Part shown: piece after piece, positions 22,345-31,644 of the stretch
Position numbering within the stretch: the stretch's first letter is position 1
Layout of the letters: each line of letters starts with the position of its first letter
Assembly: GCA_045863295.1 (NCBI GenBank)
Contig: BTWA01000030.1
Coordinates: 9,914-73,913, forward strand
DNA length: 64,000 nt
Direction: 5' to 3'
Origin: Candidatus Hydrogenedentota bacterium
GTDB lineage: Bacteria > Hydrogenedentota > Hydrogenedentia > Hydrogenedentales > SLHB01
Made by a program: the position numbers and the translations under genes
Notes under the pieces: model-generated
What the model was told of the DNA's origin: nothing
Databases searched by the model: none
The model's input: the letters and a program-made list of their open reading frames with translations, nothing else

Positions 22345-23049
22345 TCAATTGCCGTTTGTCCGGACCTCGGCACTTCTCGCGTAAACGTAGGCCATCGTCA
22401 AGACGGCAATAATTAGCACACACACAGCCAGCGCTGCCCCTTCAATATCCCCTGAAATCCAGCCTAGCCAAGCGATGGCAGGAACTCCAGCTAGCGTTAA
22501 AAGGGATGCAACAGCGAAGACAATTTTGTGCGCGAGCCGAGATTCAATGGACTCAATCACTTCGGACTTGGACTGAACACGCTCGGACAAGGCCGCGACA
22601 AGAAGCCCCATATTGTCGTATCCTCGCAGGATCAGAGCCCTATCCTTGATACCGGGCAACAATTTGAGCATGGTTAGCTTACCCGAGGCCCTTCGATGGA
22701 TTAGGACTTGTTCAATCTGGTCGAAATCAAGGACCTGTTCCCGGCCGAACACAAGAAGCTTCAACCGCGTTGTCTCCAATCTCAGGAGATTTCTTTTCAT
22801 TCGTTTGGTCATATAGTGAAAAGCCGCAGCGTACGCGGGCAGCGACACCACTACGCCTACCACAAATATCACTAGGTACCGCGTCGAGTCGTAATAGCGA
22901 TCCCCGGATTCAGTCAAAATGCAACTAAACACAAACAACGCGCAACCGAGTCCATAGAGGTTCGCTCGCTGTCGAATCGCGCTTGATGAGAGCCTAAACT
23001 CAAGCGTGCTGTCCGAAGCACTTCGACTATTTGCGTCCATCTGCTTCAT
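22345..23049 (-). CDS. Hypothetical membrane protein, paralog 4
   Basis: EFRLSSSAIRQR, 2 TM, LLRLE, LRGYDNM, C-terminal TMs. Confidence 0.7.
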   Translation of the reverse strand: MKQMDANSRSASDSTLEFRLSSSAIRQRANLYGLGCALFVFSCILTESGDRYYDSTRYLVIFVVGVVVSLPAYAAAFHYMTKRMKRNLLRLETTRLKLLVFGREQVLDFDQIEQVLIHRRASGKLTMLKLLPGIKDRALILRGYDNMGLLVAALSERVQSKSEVIESIESRLAHKIVFAVASLLTLAGVPAIAWLGWISGDIEGAALAVCVLIIAVLTMAYVYARSAEVRTNGN

Positions 23050-23067
23050 TCGGGGGGTAAGTCTCCT

Positions 23068-23430
23068 CTATTCGTCATCCCGATGCACAGTATCCATGCT
23101 GAAGCCGGGGACGCACACGGCGATGTATTCCGTGGGTACACAGGTGGAGTATTGGACCCATTCGCCCGCGGGAACGATTACCGCTTCGCCAGTGTGCACT
23201 TCGATGACCTCGTCGTCGTCGCTGGCGACGCGGAGCGTGCCCTTGAGCACGAGGGTGTATTCGTTAAACTCGGGCGTCTGGCCCGGCTCCATCCAACCGG
23301 CGGGACTGGACATGTAGGCGATGCTGACTTCGTGCGTGGCCGAATTGACCCGCCCGATATATTCCCGAATGATCTTGGGCGGTTGCCCGGCCGCCATGAC
23401 TTGCGAGGGACTTTTGATTAATCGTGGCAT
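23068..23430 (-). CDS. Cupin domain protein (EutQ-like)
   Basis: PPKIIREYIGRVNS, GWMEPGQTPEFNEYTLVLKG, GEAVIVPAGEWVQYST. Start at the ATG at 23430. Confidence 0.85.
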   Translation of the reverse strand: MPRLIKSPSQVMAAGQPPKIIREYIGRVNSATHEVSIAYMSSPAGWMEPGQTPEFNEYTLVLKGTLRVASDDDEVIEVHTGEAVIVPAGEWVQYSTCVPTEYIAVCVPGFSMDTVHRDDE

Positions 23431-23584
23431 AACCTGTACTCCATTCCGCGGCGTCGCGGCTTGATTGCCGCACCGCGGGTTGCTGATTACAATACTATAC
23501 CGGCCGAATTCGAAGCGCACGCACGCATTGGTTGGCGGGAATCAATCACGGAGCAACTCCACCGGCAACCTATGGAGCCCTGAA

Positions 23585-24091
23585 ATGAGACAGCAATTGC
23601 CAATTTTTGTTCTCGTTGTCTGCATGTCGTTTGCCCTTTGCGCCGAACAGACAAGTGAACCTCCGGCATCGGAACTTACGGGCACCTGGATGGTCACCGC
23701 TGCAACCAACTCGTTTGTCATCGTCATCAAGCCGGACGGCAAAGCCGTCGTGCTATTGATACAGGATGGTTCGCACGGCATCGACAACGTTACGTGGAAA
23801 CCCATGCCCGGCGGACTCTTGATTGAAGGCCTGCCCCGATTCCGGTTCTGGAACGGGCGCAACGCAGCCGAGGCCCGCGTCGAAATGGAAGCGCTGCCGT
23901 TCGAACTCATGGAATCGAGCTTGCAGCGGTTCCCAACGGCGTTCTTCATGAAGCGGTACGACGAAGGGCGAAACTTAGGCGGACAGGGCGCGTCCCGTCC
24001 GCTCGCGGCAGGGTGGGATCGCGAAACTCTACCCGCCGACTGGGACGAAAAGGCAGGGCAGTGGCGCGAGGTGCCGCCCAAGACGCAATGA
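23585..24091 (+). CDS. Hypothetical secreted protein
   Basis: Signal peptide MRQQLPIFVLVVCMSFALCA; ELTGTW lipocalin-like start. Confidence 0.6.
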   Translation: MRQQLPIFVLVVCMSFALCAEQTSEPPASELTGTWMVTAATNSFVIVIKPDGKAVVLLIQDGSHGIDNVTWKPMPGGLLIEGLPRFRFWNGRNAAEARVEMEALPFELMESSLQRFPTAFFMKRYDEGRNLGGQGASRPLAAGWDRETLPADWDEKAGQWREVPPKTQ

Positions 24092-24124
24092 CCCAACGCG
24101 TGCCTTCGATCTCAAGACGCACTC

Positions 24125-25504
24125 TCAGGGTGTGTGTTTCAGTACACCTGTCCCGTAGGAACCCACCGTGAAGGTAACTTTGCCCCCGGCAGCCACGAAT
24201 GCCTTTCCACTGTCTTTGTCGGTGTACGTTCCGTCGGGCACGCCGCTCAACGTGCAATGGAGTGGGTCCTGCCATTCGTTAACCACGATGAGCCACAATC
24301 CGTCGGCGGCCTGTTTGGGCAGCACGCGCACGCCACGATCGACTGAGCCCCACGTTTCCGCGTAATTGATTTCAAGGGCGATTGCGGCTTCCGGCGCGGA
24401 CAGCACGGGCTGCAGGTCCGCCAATTCACGCAACACTTTCAAAACGTCTGCCCACAGTTGGGAATCCTTTTCGATGAATGCCGTGCCCCAATACAGAATG
24501 CCCCGCGCCCCATTCACAATGGTGTCGTAGGCCATGTAACGGGTCTCGGCCAGCGTTGGGCGGCGCTCGCGCTTTTTCGTGGCTTCGTCAGCGTTCTTGT
24601 CGAGATCAGCCCAACCGAATCCCTGGAGTACCATGAACACCGGCTTGCCGGGCGCGCTCTCCTGCATACGACGCGTGTACGCGCCGACACTGGTGCGGCT
24701 TCGATCGCCCAGATCCGAATGGCCAGTCCCCCAATCCGGCATGGGATAAATGTCGCACCCCACTGCATCAGCCGCCTGCGCAAACATGGCCAGTTGCGGT
24801 ATGGAATTGCGGGGGGCGTGATTCATCCAGATTGGGTGTTTGGGGTCCAACTGCTTGAGCGCGGCGTAGCCCGCCTTCATGCCTTCAGCCATGACCACCA
24901 TTCGATCGGCCGCGGTGTTGATTACATGTGCAGGCTGAGTCTCTGGCAGGCCGAGGGTCTTACTGAGCTCATCGGCCTTGGCTTCTCCCTCGACATACAA
25001 TCCTTCCCGCATGGTGCGTTGCGCGTCGTCAAACTGGGCCTGCATGGCCGTCTTCTGGGCCTCATCGGTAATCGCGGCGATGGCTTCCCGCTGTTGCTTG
25101 GCCTGGTAGTTGAACCGCCACTCCTGCGCGGCGTACCAGACATTCCACAGGGCTTCGTCAGGCACTTCCCAAACCATCATTGCGGGATGAGCCGCAAACT
25201 GGTCCGCCTTGGCCTTCAAGGCCGCCTCGCGGGCTTCCCGGTCAACGCTAAGGTCGAGGTCATACCCGGTATTCACCCAGCCTTTCATGCCGAGTGCCTG
25301 CAGCGCATCAAGTTCTTCCGTGGAATGCACGTACATCAAGTTCACGCCAGCATCGGCGGCTTGCTTTAAAGCCGCTTTTTCCTTTGGATACTCATACAGG
25401 CCAAGCACAAACGTCCGCTGGCCATCAACCACCAACATGCGATCTTCGGCGACTTGCACGTCCGCGGCGATGCCTGCCGCAAGCAGAAAAAGAATTGTTC
25501 CCAT
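24125..25504 (-). CDS. Secreted glycoside-hydrolase-like TIM-barrel protein
   Basis: Short signal peptide; WEVPDEA, LDPKHP, DAVGCDIYP, PVFMVLQGFG, NGARGILYW motifs typical of GH-like proteins. Confidence 0.65.
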   Translation of the reverse strand: MGTILFLLAAGIAADVQVAEDRMLVVDGQRTFVLGLYEYPKEKAALKQAADAGVNLMYVHSTEELDALQALGMKGWVNTGYDLDLSVDREAREAALKAKADQFAAHPAMMVWEVPDEALWNVWYAAQEWRFNYQAKQQREAIAAITDEAQKTAMQAQFDDAQRTMREGLYVEGEAKADELSKTLGLPETQPAHVINTAADRMVVMAEGMKAGYAALKQLDPKHPIWMNHAPRNSIPQLAMFAQAADAVGCDIYPMPDWGTGHSDLGDRSRTSVGAYTRRMQESAPGKPVFMVLQGFGWADLDKNADEATKKRERRPTLAETRYMAYDTIVNGARGILYWGTAFIEKDSQLWADVLKVLRELADLQPVLSAPEAAIALEINYAETWGSVDRGVRVLPKQAADGLWLIVVNEWQDPLHCTLSGVPDGTYTDKDSGKAFVAAGGKVTFTVGSYGTGVLKHTP

Positions 25505-25524
25505 GGCTCCCCCCTCAATGCTGT

Positions 25525-26427
25525 CTATTGCGTTACGGCGGCCTGCGCCGGATGCTTCTTTAGAAACGCCAGAATGGCTTCTGCAAACGCGGGATCCGCA
25601 ATGGTCGAGATGTGGTCCCCGCCTTCGATATAGATCGATTCATGCCGGCCCATGACACCGTTCATCCGATCCACCCCGGCACGTAACGGATCGTCAGCCC
25701 CCACGATGGAGAGCAGCGGCACGGAGTTCGCGCGCAATTCCGCCTCGGCTACCACGAGTCCGTCCAAGGCACGCATCACGTGCGCAAGCGCTTCGGTGTC
25801 GTTCGTGAGACTCAATGTGAAGTTGATTTGGCGAAGCACCCACCCCTCGGGGGCTTTGCCCGGCGGCGATATCGCCTCGAAAAGCGGCCCGAAATTGCCC
25901 GTGTAATCCAGCGCATTCGCAATGTCGTACCGTTCGGCCTCGCCACTTTCCGGGTCTTCCCATCCGGCGCCACCGGCTACCGCGGAGATGACGCGATCCG
26001 GATGGAGGGTGACCAGTTTGAGCGTAATGAATGCGCCCATGGAATAGCCGACCACATGTGCCTTGGGAATTCCCAGGTGATCCATCAGGCGAATCACGTC
26101 CTCGCAAAAGGGAAGGCCGTATGCGGATTCCTCGTGAGGCTTCTCGCTCAATCCGTGGCCGCGATTGTCGATGGCGATGACTTTGTATTCCTTCGCCAAC
26201 TTTTGCAGCACGCCCGGCTTGCGCCAATTCAGGTCGGCGTTGGCGGCAAACCCGTGAATCAGGATGAGTGGTTCGCCTTCGCCTTCCACGGTGAAGTGAA
26301 TGCGTATGCCGTCCGAGTCGAAAAACTCGCCGGCAACCCGATCGGTGATGCTGTGATAGAGGTACGCCAGGCCGGCCAGGAAAGCACAAGCGACGAGAAC
26401 GACAACTATGCCGATCTTGCGTTTCAC
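25525..26427 (-). CDS. Alpha/beta fold hydrolase with N-terminal anchor
   Basis: LIHGF, DNRGHGLS, GYSMG nucleophile, GADD, GDHI. GTG start with AAGGAGG RBS, about 25 nt downstream of the rSAM-GNAT gene. Confidence 0.88.
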   Translation of the reverse strand: MKRKIGIVVVLVACAFLAGLAYLYHSITDRVAGEFFDSDGIRIHFTVEGEGEPLILIHGFAANADLNWRKPGVLQKLAKEYKVIAIDNRGHGLSEKPHEESAYGLPFCEDVIRLMDHLGIPKAHVVGYSMGAFITLKLVTLHPDRVISAVAGGAGWEDPESGEAERYDIANALDYTGNFGPLFEAISPPGKAPEGWVLRQINFTLSLTNDTEALAHVMRALDGLVVAEAELRANSVPLLSIVGADDPLRAGVDRMNGVMGRHESIYIEGGDHISTIADPAFAEAILAFLKKHPAQAAVTQ

Positions 26428-26451
26428 CTGGACCTCCTTGGGTTCATTTTT

Positions 26452-28380
26452 CTATAAGTCGTCGACGGAAATCCCGTAGACGTGAACATCCTGGTATTCA
26501 TCATGCACGAACAGGGCTTCGCGAAGCGTGCCTTCGCGTTTGAACCCCAGCCCCTCAAGGAACGATTGCAGTCCCTTTTCCGGCGCCGATGCGGGAATGG
26601 TGAGCCTGCGCACGGCCTGCTGCTTGGCGGCTTCATTGAGCAGTGTCCGGAAACCGCGGCGTACGTCTTCCGCGAGATAGTCCTGGTCGTCCCGCATGTA
26701 AATCCAACCCTGGGCGGCGCCGTGAAACCGTTCCGGCCGCATCTTAATCAGGCCGAAGGGTTTGCCATCGCGTTTGACCAGGATCATTTCCTTGTCCATG
26801 CCATGGGGATGGAGCGCATCCATTTCACGGTCGTAGCGGGTGGTGATCATGATGCCGCGCTCGGTATAGAGGAAATAAGCCGCACTGTTCCAGTTCTCCC
26901 ACTCCATCAGCATGTCCGCGTCGGCTTCTTCAATGGGCCTCATGCCCACCGACATGCGGAACGCGGCACGCACAAGCGTGAATAGCGAGGGCTTCTCGGT
27001 CCGCGTAAACAAGTGGTACATGCGCGTGAAATTCACGCCCTCGGCGGACAACAAATTGAAAGCGGACACCGCCGATTCCGCCCACGCCCGCTGTGCGTTG
27101 CACCAGGTCTCGTGCGGCAAACGGAAGGAACCGCTCAACGCCTGGTGCACGGCCGCCGTACCGCCTCCGCAGACGTGGCGCGCCCAGCACCGGCGGCAAA
27201 CACCGGTAGTGACCGATCCGATTTCATCGAACCTCGAACGTGCCTCTTCGTCCAATCTGCCTTCGGCGAGTGATCCCACCTTGAACGCTTCCTGGCCCAA
27301 AAAGCGCCATGAAGGATACAACGCGCCATCGGCATCCACGGCCAGTTCATTGGTGCCGCTGGGATCGTTTCGTTTCAACGGCACGCCGTCGTAAATCCGG
27401 TAAAAGAACCCTGCTATGGGATCGACCCGGAAATAGTGATGTTTCAACAGGCGGTTCGCGTAATATACCGCGGATTCGCTGAGCGCCTTGCGCATGGCTT
27501 CCGGATCCAGCGACGGATCCGCGGCATAGGATCCGTCGAGATCCAATTCAATGTGCGTGAAACCAGCCTTGTCCAATGTCTCGACGACGCCCGCGAAGTT
27601 CGGATGTCCCGGTTGAAGCACGATTCTACCGGTCACGCCTTCGCCGCCGGGCTGCACCGCTTTTGCCAGTTTCGCAAGAGTCCACGGTCCGGGTTGCGCG
27701 AACGATTCGAATGCATCCAGTTGCGATTCGGTCTGTTTTACTTCCAGCACAATCGAGATCGTATGTCCTTCCAACGCGTCACCGGATTTGGCTAACGAGA
27801 GATTGAGTACTCGAATGGAAACCGTCGCGGTTTTTCCGGCGAGGCCCGCGGCTCTGATGGCCTGACGGGACAGGCTAATGATCAAATCCGGGCTCTGCAA
27901 CTGGCCTTCGGCAATCCATTCTAGTTGCAGCAGTTTTTGATCGGCCGCCCGGCCCAGCAAAAGATCTATTGCATCTCGGCCCAGCGTCCTCGCTTGAAAT
28001 GGGGCTTCGGATGTCTTGGCGCCGAACCAACCTTTCTTCTTCGCGGGCGGGTCTTCCACCGTTTCCACGCCGGGAAGGCGAACCGAAAGCTTCTTCAGGC
28101 CCTTTTCGAGTTCGAATTCCTTCTGGAGATCCTCTTTCTTGGCCGGCGGAAGGATGGCACGTGTGGACCGGAGCCACTCGAGTTCGCCGATGACCTCTTC
28201 CAATTCAGTTGTATCGTGTTTTCCGGCAAGTTCTCGCACAATTCGGTTAAGCGGCGTGTGCGGATAATACTCCAGCACATCCCAGGAGATGTCGTCGCAT
28301 TCGAAGCAAAAACAGGTTTCGGGATCGATGGCAAACCGGCGGCCGCCCTGGACAAAACGATGTATGAGCGCTTGCGTCAT
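26452..28380 (-). CDS. RRE + degenerate radical-SAM/SPASM + C-terminal GNAT fusion protein (putative RiPP maturase/scaffold)
   Basis: N-terminus IHRFVQGGRRFAIDPET...DDISWDVL resembles the RRE of ranthipeptide maturases. The core is collinear with rSAM (LGRDAIDLL, LQLEWIAEG) but lacks CxxxCxxC and GGE. SPASM-like LAVDADGALYPSWRF...CRRCWARHVCGGGT...WC. C-terminal GNAT MRPIEEAD...LGFKREGTLREALF. Confidence 0.8.
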   Translation of the reverse strand: MTQALIHRFVQGGRRFAIDPETCFCFECDDISWDVLEYYPHTPLNRIVRELAGKHDTTELEEVIGELEWLRSTRAILPPAKKEDLQKEFELEKGLKKLSVRLPGVETVEDPPAKKKGWFGAKTSEAPFQARTLGRDAIDLLLGRAADQKLLQLEWIAEGQLQSPDLIISLSRQAIRAAGLAGKTATVSIRVLNLSLAKSGDALEGHTISIVLEVKQTESQLDAFESFAQPGPWTLAKLAKAVQPGGEGVTGRIVLQPGHPNFAGVVETLDKAGFTHIELDLDGSYAADPSLDPEAMRKALSESAVYYANRLLKHHYFRVDPIAGFFYRIYDGVPLKRNDPSGTNELAVDADGALYPSWRFLGQEAFKVGSLAEGRLDEEARSRFDEIGSVTTGVCRRCWARHVCGGGTAAVHQALSGSFRLPHETWCNAQRAWAESAVSAFNLLSAEGVNFTRMYHLFTRTEKPSLFTLVRAAFRMSVGMRPIEEADADMLMEWENWNSAAYFLYTERGIMITTRYDREMDALHPHGMDKEMILVKRDGKPFGLIKMRPERFHGAAQGWIYMRDDQDYLAEDVRRGFRTLLNEAAKQQAVRRLTIPASAPEKGLQSFLEGLGFKREGTLREALFVHDEYQDVHVYGISVDDL

Positions 28381-29180
28381 CAGTAGGCCCCCAGCGTGCC
28401 TTTGCTGCGGCTGTGGTTCTCCATCAGCTTAAACAAGGTCAAGCCGATGGCAGTCCAGATGCCGCAGTTAATCATCAGAAAATAAAACGAAGGATGCGTG
28501 AAAATCGCGGTTCCCTCTCCTTCCATGAGCACCAGCTTCAGACAAATGGCCGCGTCGGTAATCGGTGCGACGTGCGCAAGGGCCTGCAACACAATCGGCC
28601 AATTGTACATGTCTTCCGTGATGGTCAGGGCGAGCCCAATAAGAATAAGTCGCAATATGACGGCGATTTCCCCCGTCTGCTTGAAGACCAGCACCAAACC
28701 TCCGCTCATGAATCCGAAACCGATCAGATTCAAATAGGTCAGCACAAGGAGTAGAACCGTCAAGGCGGGGCTCGCATGGATTTGGCTGTCAAAGGTGGCG
28801 GCTACCATGGCGATCATGATGGACCAGGTAACAATGCTCATGAAGGCGGCGACGCATGACCGTGCGAGAAAATTGGTGATGAGTCCATGCGGGCTCATAT
28901 ACATCTGTTCCAGTTCCCCTGAACGCGCCATACCCTGCAATCCGGATGTGAACAGTCCGATAATGCCGAAGGCAAACATGCCGATGACAAGTCCCAGCGC
29001 CTTGTCCGTGATGAACTGGGAATACTGATTCGGATCGACCGTGCCGCTCGACAACGCCATGATGATGCCCACAAGCATGCCGTATCCCATGATCATGCCC
29101 ACCATGGTCTTGAACCAATACCGGCGCATGATGATGAACCCGCGGACCAACTCCGCTTTCATGACCAAAAAGAAACCCAT
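28380..29180 (-). CDS. ABC-2 type exporter permease
   Basis: About 6 TM; ARSGELEQMYMSP; ends with SRSKGTLGAY. Start re-set to the ATG at 29180; stop overlaps the next start. Confidence 0.85.
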   Translation of the reverse strand: MGFFLVMKAELVRGFIIMRRYWFKTMVGMIMGYGMLVGIIMALSSGTVDPNQYSQFITDKALGLVIGMFAFGIIGLFTSGLQGMARSGELEQMYMSPHGLITNFLARSCVAAFMSIVTWSIMIAMVAATFDSQIHASPALTVLLLVLTYLNLIGFGFMSGGLVLVFKQTGEIAVILRLILIGLALTITEDMYNWPIVLQALAHVAPITDAAICLKLVLMEGEGTAIFTHPSFYFLMINCGIWTAIGLTLFKLMENHSRSKGTLGAY

Positions 29181-29229
29181 GTCTGCTCCCATTATTGAAC
29201 GCGCGGGCGGGGCAGCCGCCGCTATCTTG

Positions 29230-30252
29230 TCAAGCCGGTCCGTCCGAGGTAAGCCGCAGGAACACATTTTCCAGCGTCTGTTGCCGCTCGCGAATGGAGC
29301 GTAATTCGACGCGATCGCCGCGTAGCGACTCAATCAGCCGGTACAAGGCCTCCGATCGATCGGAGGGATCGGACGGAACTTGCACGCTCAAGATCGGTCC
29401 ATTTTCACTGGGCAGCGATTCAGCACCATGAATGCCCGGAATCGCGCGAAGGCTATCCAAGTCCGGCATGCGGTCAAGATGCAGTTCGTACGCCTGATCG
29501 GAAAAGACGTCCAGCAACTCCTCCGTCGGCTTGCACGCGATCAATTTGCCATTTTCTATGATCCCGATGCGATCGCAGAGTTCCTGAGCGACGCCCATGT
29601 CGTGCGTGGTGACCACTACACTCTTTCCTTGGGTCCGGGTCATCTCGATGATCTTGTCTTTGATGTTCCGGCTGCTTTGCACGTCCAAACCTGTGGTCGG
29701 CTCGTCCAGGAGGAGTACTTCGGGATCCGTGATCAGCGCAATGCATATGGCCAGCTTCTGCTTCTGGCCCCGGGACAGCTTCCGCACCTCCGTGTTCATC
29801 TTGTCTTTCAGTCCGATGAACTCGAGCAGTTGTTCGGACCGCGCTCGCAATACGCGACCGCGCACGTCCCGCAAATTACCGAAATAGGCGAGGTTCTCCA
29901 GTGGCGTCAACGGCCAGATGCACGTTCGCGTGCCTTCCAAGACAACGCCCAGCTTACGGAGAACCTTGAGCCGGTTCGACTCCACGTAGAGGCCGCCGAC
30001 ATACACCTCGCCGCTGCATGGCTTCACCAAGCCCGATATCATCTTCACGGTCGTCGTTTTGCCCGCGCCGTTGCGGCCCAGCAAACCGAAAATTTCGCCC
30101 CTGCGCACGCCGAATGACACGTCGTTTACCGCATGGACCGTTTTCCTGCGGTACCATTTGCGCACACCGGAATCCTCGTCACGGGTGAGCACGTGGCGGG
30201 TATGGAACACTTTGTTGATACCACGCAATTCGACGGTGAATTCGGCGCTCAT
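29230..30252 (-). CDS. ABC exporter ATP-binding subunit
   Basis: GRNGAGKTT, LSRGQKQK, LLLDEPTTGLD, TTHDM. Confidence 0.93.
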   Translation of the reverse strand: MSAEFTVELRGINKVFHTRHVLTRDEDSGVRKWYRRKTVHAVNDVSFGVRRGEIFGLLGRNGAGKTTTVKMISGLVKPCSGEVYVGGLYVESNRLKVLRKLGVVLEGTRTCIWPLTPLENLAYFGNLRDVRGRVLRARSEQLLEFIGLKDKMNTEVRKLSRGQKQKLAICIALITDPEVLLLDEPTTGLDVQSSRNIKDKIIEMTRTQGKSVVVTTHDMGVAQELCDRIGIIENGKLIACKPTEELLDVFSDQAYELHLDRMPDLDSLRAIPGIHGAESLPSENGPILSVQVPSDPSDRSEALYRLIESLRGDRVELRSIRERQQTLENVFLRLTSDGPA

Positions 30253-31013
30253 TTTGCTTGCTGCCTCGAGGGCATGTACACCTTGTCCATTTCCCGGGCG
30301 GCCAGTTCTGGATCGCCCAACTCGTCGACTTTCATCAGATACTCCAAATAGGCGATCTCGATGTCGCGCATGGCGTGAATGACCATGACAAGGACAAAGC
30401 TGTTGGTCACATGATACAAAACGCCCAGCAAGAGCGAGAATCCCACGAATTCCAGTGACACCATGAAGCTGTTCTCGAAAAAGTGCTTGTGCACGACCAC
30501 AAAAAGTGCCGCGACCACTACAATACCCGTGAACGCCGCCGCGTTTGCGGACATGAACTGTTCGAGAAACACAACCGAAAACTTCTGCGCGGAAACGCGC
30601 CAGATGAGTTCTTCGGCCACGGCCACCCCAAGGAAACGCAACAACACGATTGGACTGTCAACGGTAAAATTCCACAAATCGCCGAAGTCGAAGAAGTGGC
30701 TCCAGGCATCCTTGATCGAATTGTGTGTGATCAAAAGCGACAGGCCGAACACCATGTGTCCAGCCAACAATCCCAATCCGATATAGAGTGGCGAGACCAG
30801 TTGCCGCGAGAATACGTCGAGACACAGGGCAAAGTAGACGGCCAGCCAAAAAATGGGCGCTTGTATGAAAACATGCACTCTACGTATGCCACCGGTGGGT
30901 TGTTCCCCTTCCACGTACCGGTTACTGATCAGGGAAAAGACAACGTGCCCTCCGAGCAAGGCGAAAAAAGCGCCAACAGTCCAGCCCGGAATGGAGACCG
31001 CCTCGACGATCAT
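30249..31013 (-). CDS. CPBP (CAAX/Rce1/Abi) family intramembrane metalloprotease
   Basis: Multi-TM; AEELIWR (EExxxR), FVVVH (FxxxH), IHAMRD (HxxxN/D). Confidence 0.85.
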   Translation of the reverse strand: MIVEAVSIPGWTVGAFFALLGGHVVFSLISNRYVEGEQPTGGIRRVHVFIQAPIFWLAVYFALCLDVFSRQLVSPLYIGLGLLAGHMVFGLSLLITHNSIKDAWSHFFDFGDLWNFTVDSPIVLLRFLGVAVAEELIWRVSAQKFSVVFLEQFMSANAAAFTGIVVVAALFVVVHKHFFENSFMVSLEFVGFSLLLGVLYHVTNSFVLVMVIHAMRDIEIAYLEYLMKVDELGDPELAAREMDKVYMPSRQQAK

Positions 31014-31642
31014 TCCGCCGCCTCCGGCTGCACCCTTCGGTCTTCGATGTCGGCAATCATCGTCTTCAGATCGATCCCTTTCAGCTTGCGATGGAAACTC
31101 TCACGCAAAACTTCAAATTCGGATCGAAGCAGACCATATCCGTACATCTCGAACATTTGTCCATCCCGGGCCACGTGATCGGGTAACACCAATTCGCGTT
31201 TTGCCCCGGAGAGTTCGAAGTTTCGCCACGAACGGCTATTGAAGCCGTAAATGTAGATGTTGATGCGATGCATGTTCAGAATGTGGAAACAGTATTCAAG
31301 AACACGGTAAAACGAGATCGTTGCCAGCATACCGTTCCGCTTGGACTCGATAATGTACGAGTCGATATTGCAAGAACGGTTGCGCCAACTGATATTGACT
31401 ACACTGAAGAGTCCAAACGGCCCGTACTTGTTGGAATCCGCCACGAAATAGATCGTAGGGGGCATGGAATGCGGCGCGGAGCGGCCAAGCATGCCGACGA
31501 TTTGTTCGCGCACTTGGCGCGGCGAGCGCGCGGGATCCCCGTACAGAAAGCGTTGAAATGCGGGGTCCTGCATCCACGAGACCACCGTTTCCAAATCGTC
31601 GCGGTCCGCGCGACGTATAAACACACTAGACTTAAGCGCCAT
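31010..31642 (-). CDS. GNAT family N-acyltransferase (RimJ/RimL-like)
   Basis: IRRADRDDL, ISWRNRSC, YCFHILNMHRI, FNSRS, GAKRELVL, YGLLRSEF. Confidence 0.85.
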   Translation of the reverse strand: MALKSSVFIRRADRDDLETVVSWMQDPAFQRFLYGDPARSPRQVREQIVGMLGRSAPHSMPPTIYFVADSNKYGPFGLFSVVNISWRNRSCNIDSYIIESKRNGMLATISFYRVLEYCFHILNMHRINIYIYGFNSRSWRNFELSGAKRELVLPDHVARDGQMFEMYGYGLLRSEFEVLRESFHRKLKGIDLKTMIADIEDRRVQPEAAE

Positions 31643-31644
31643 GA

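Noticed and set aside
19953..24100. Prophage, integrative element or integron at tRNA-Glu
   Set aside because: No integrase, no duplicated tRNA 3' end and no convincing attC sites were seen.
28295..28315. CFCFEC in the N-terminus of the fusion protein as a radical-SAM cluster motif
   Set aside because: The spacing is CxCxxC, not CxxxCxxC, and it lies in the RRE-like beta-strands rather than at the start of the barrel. A non-canonical metal site cannot be excluded.
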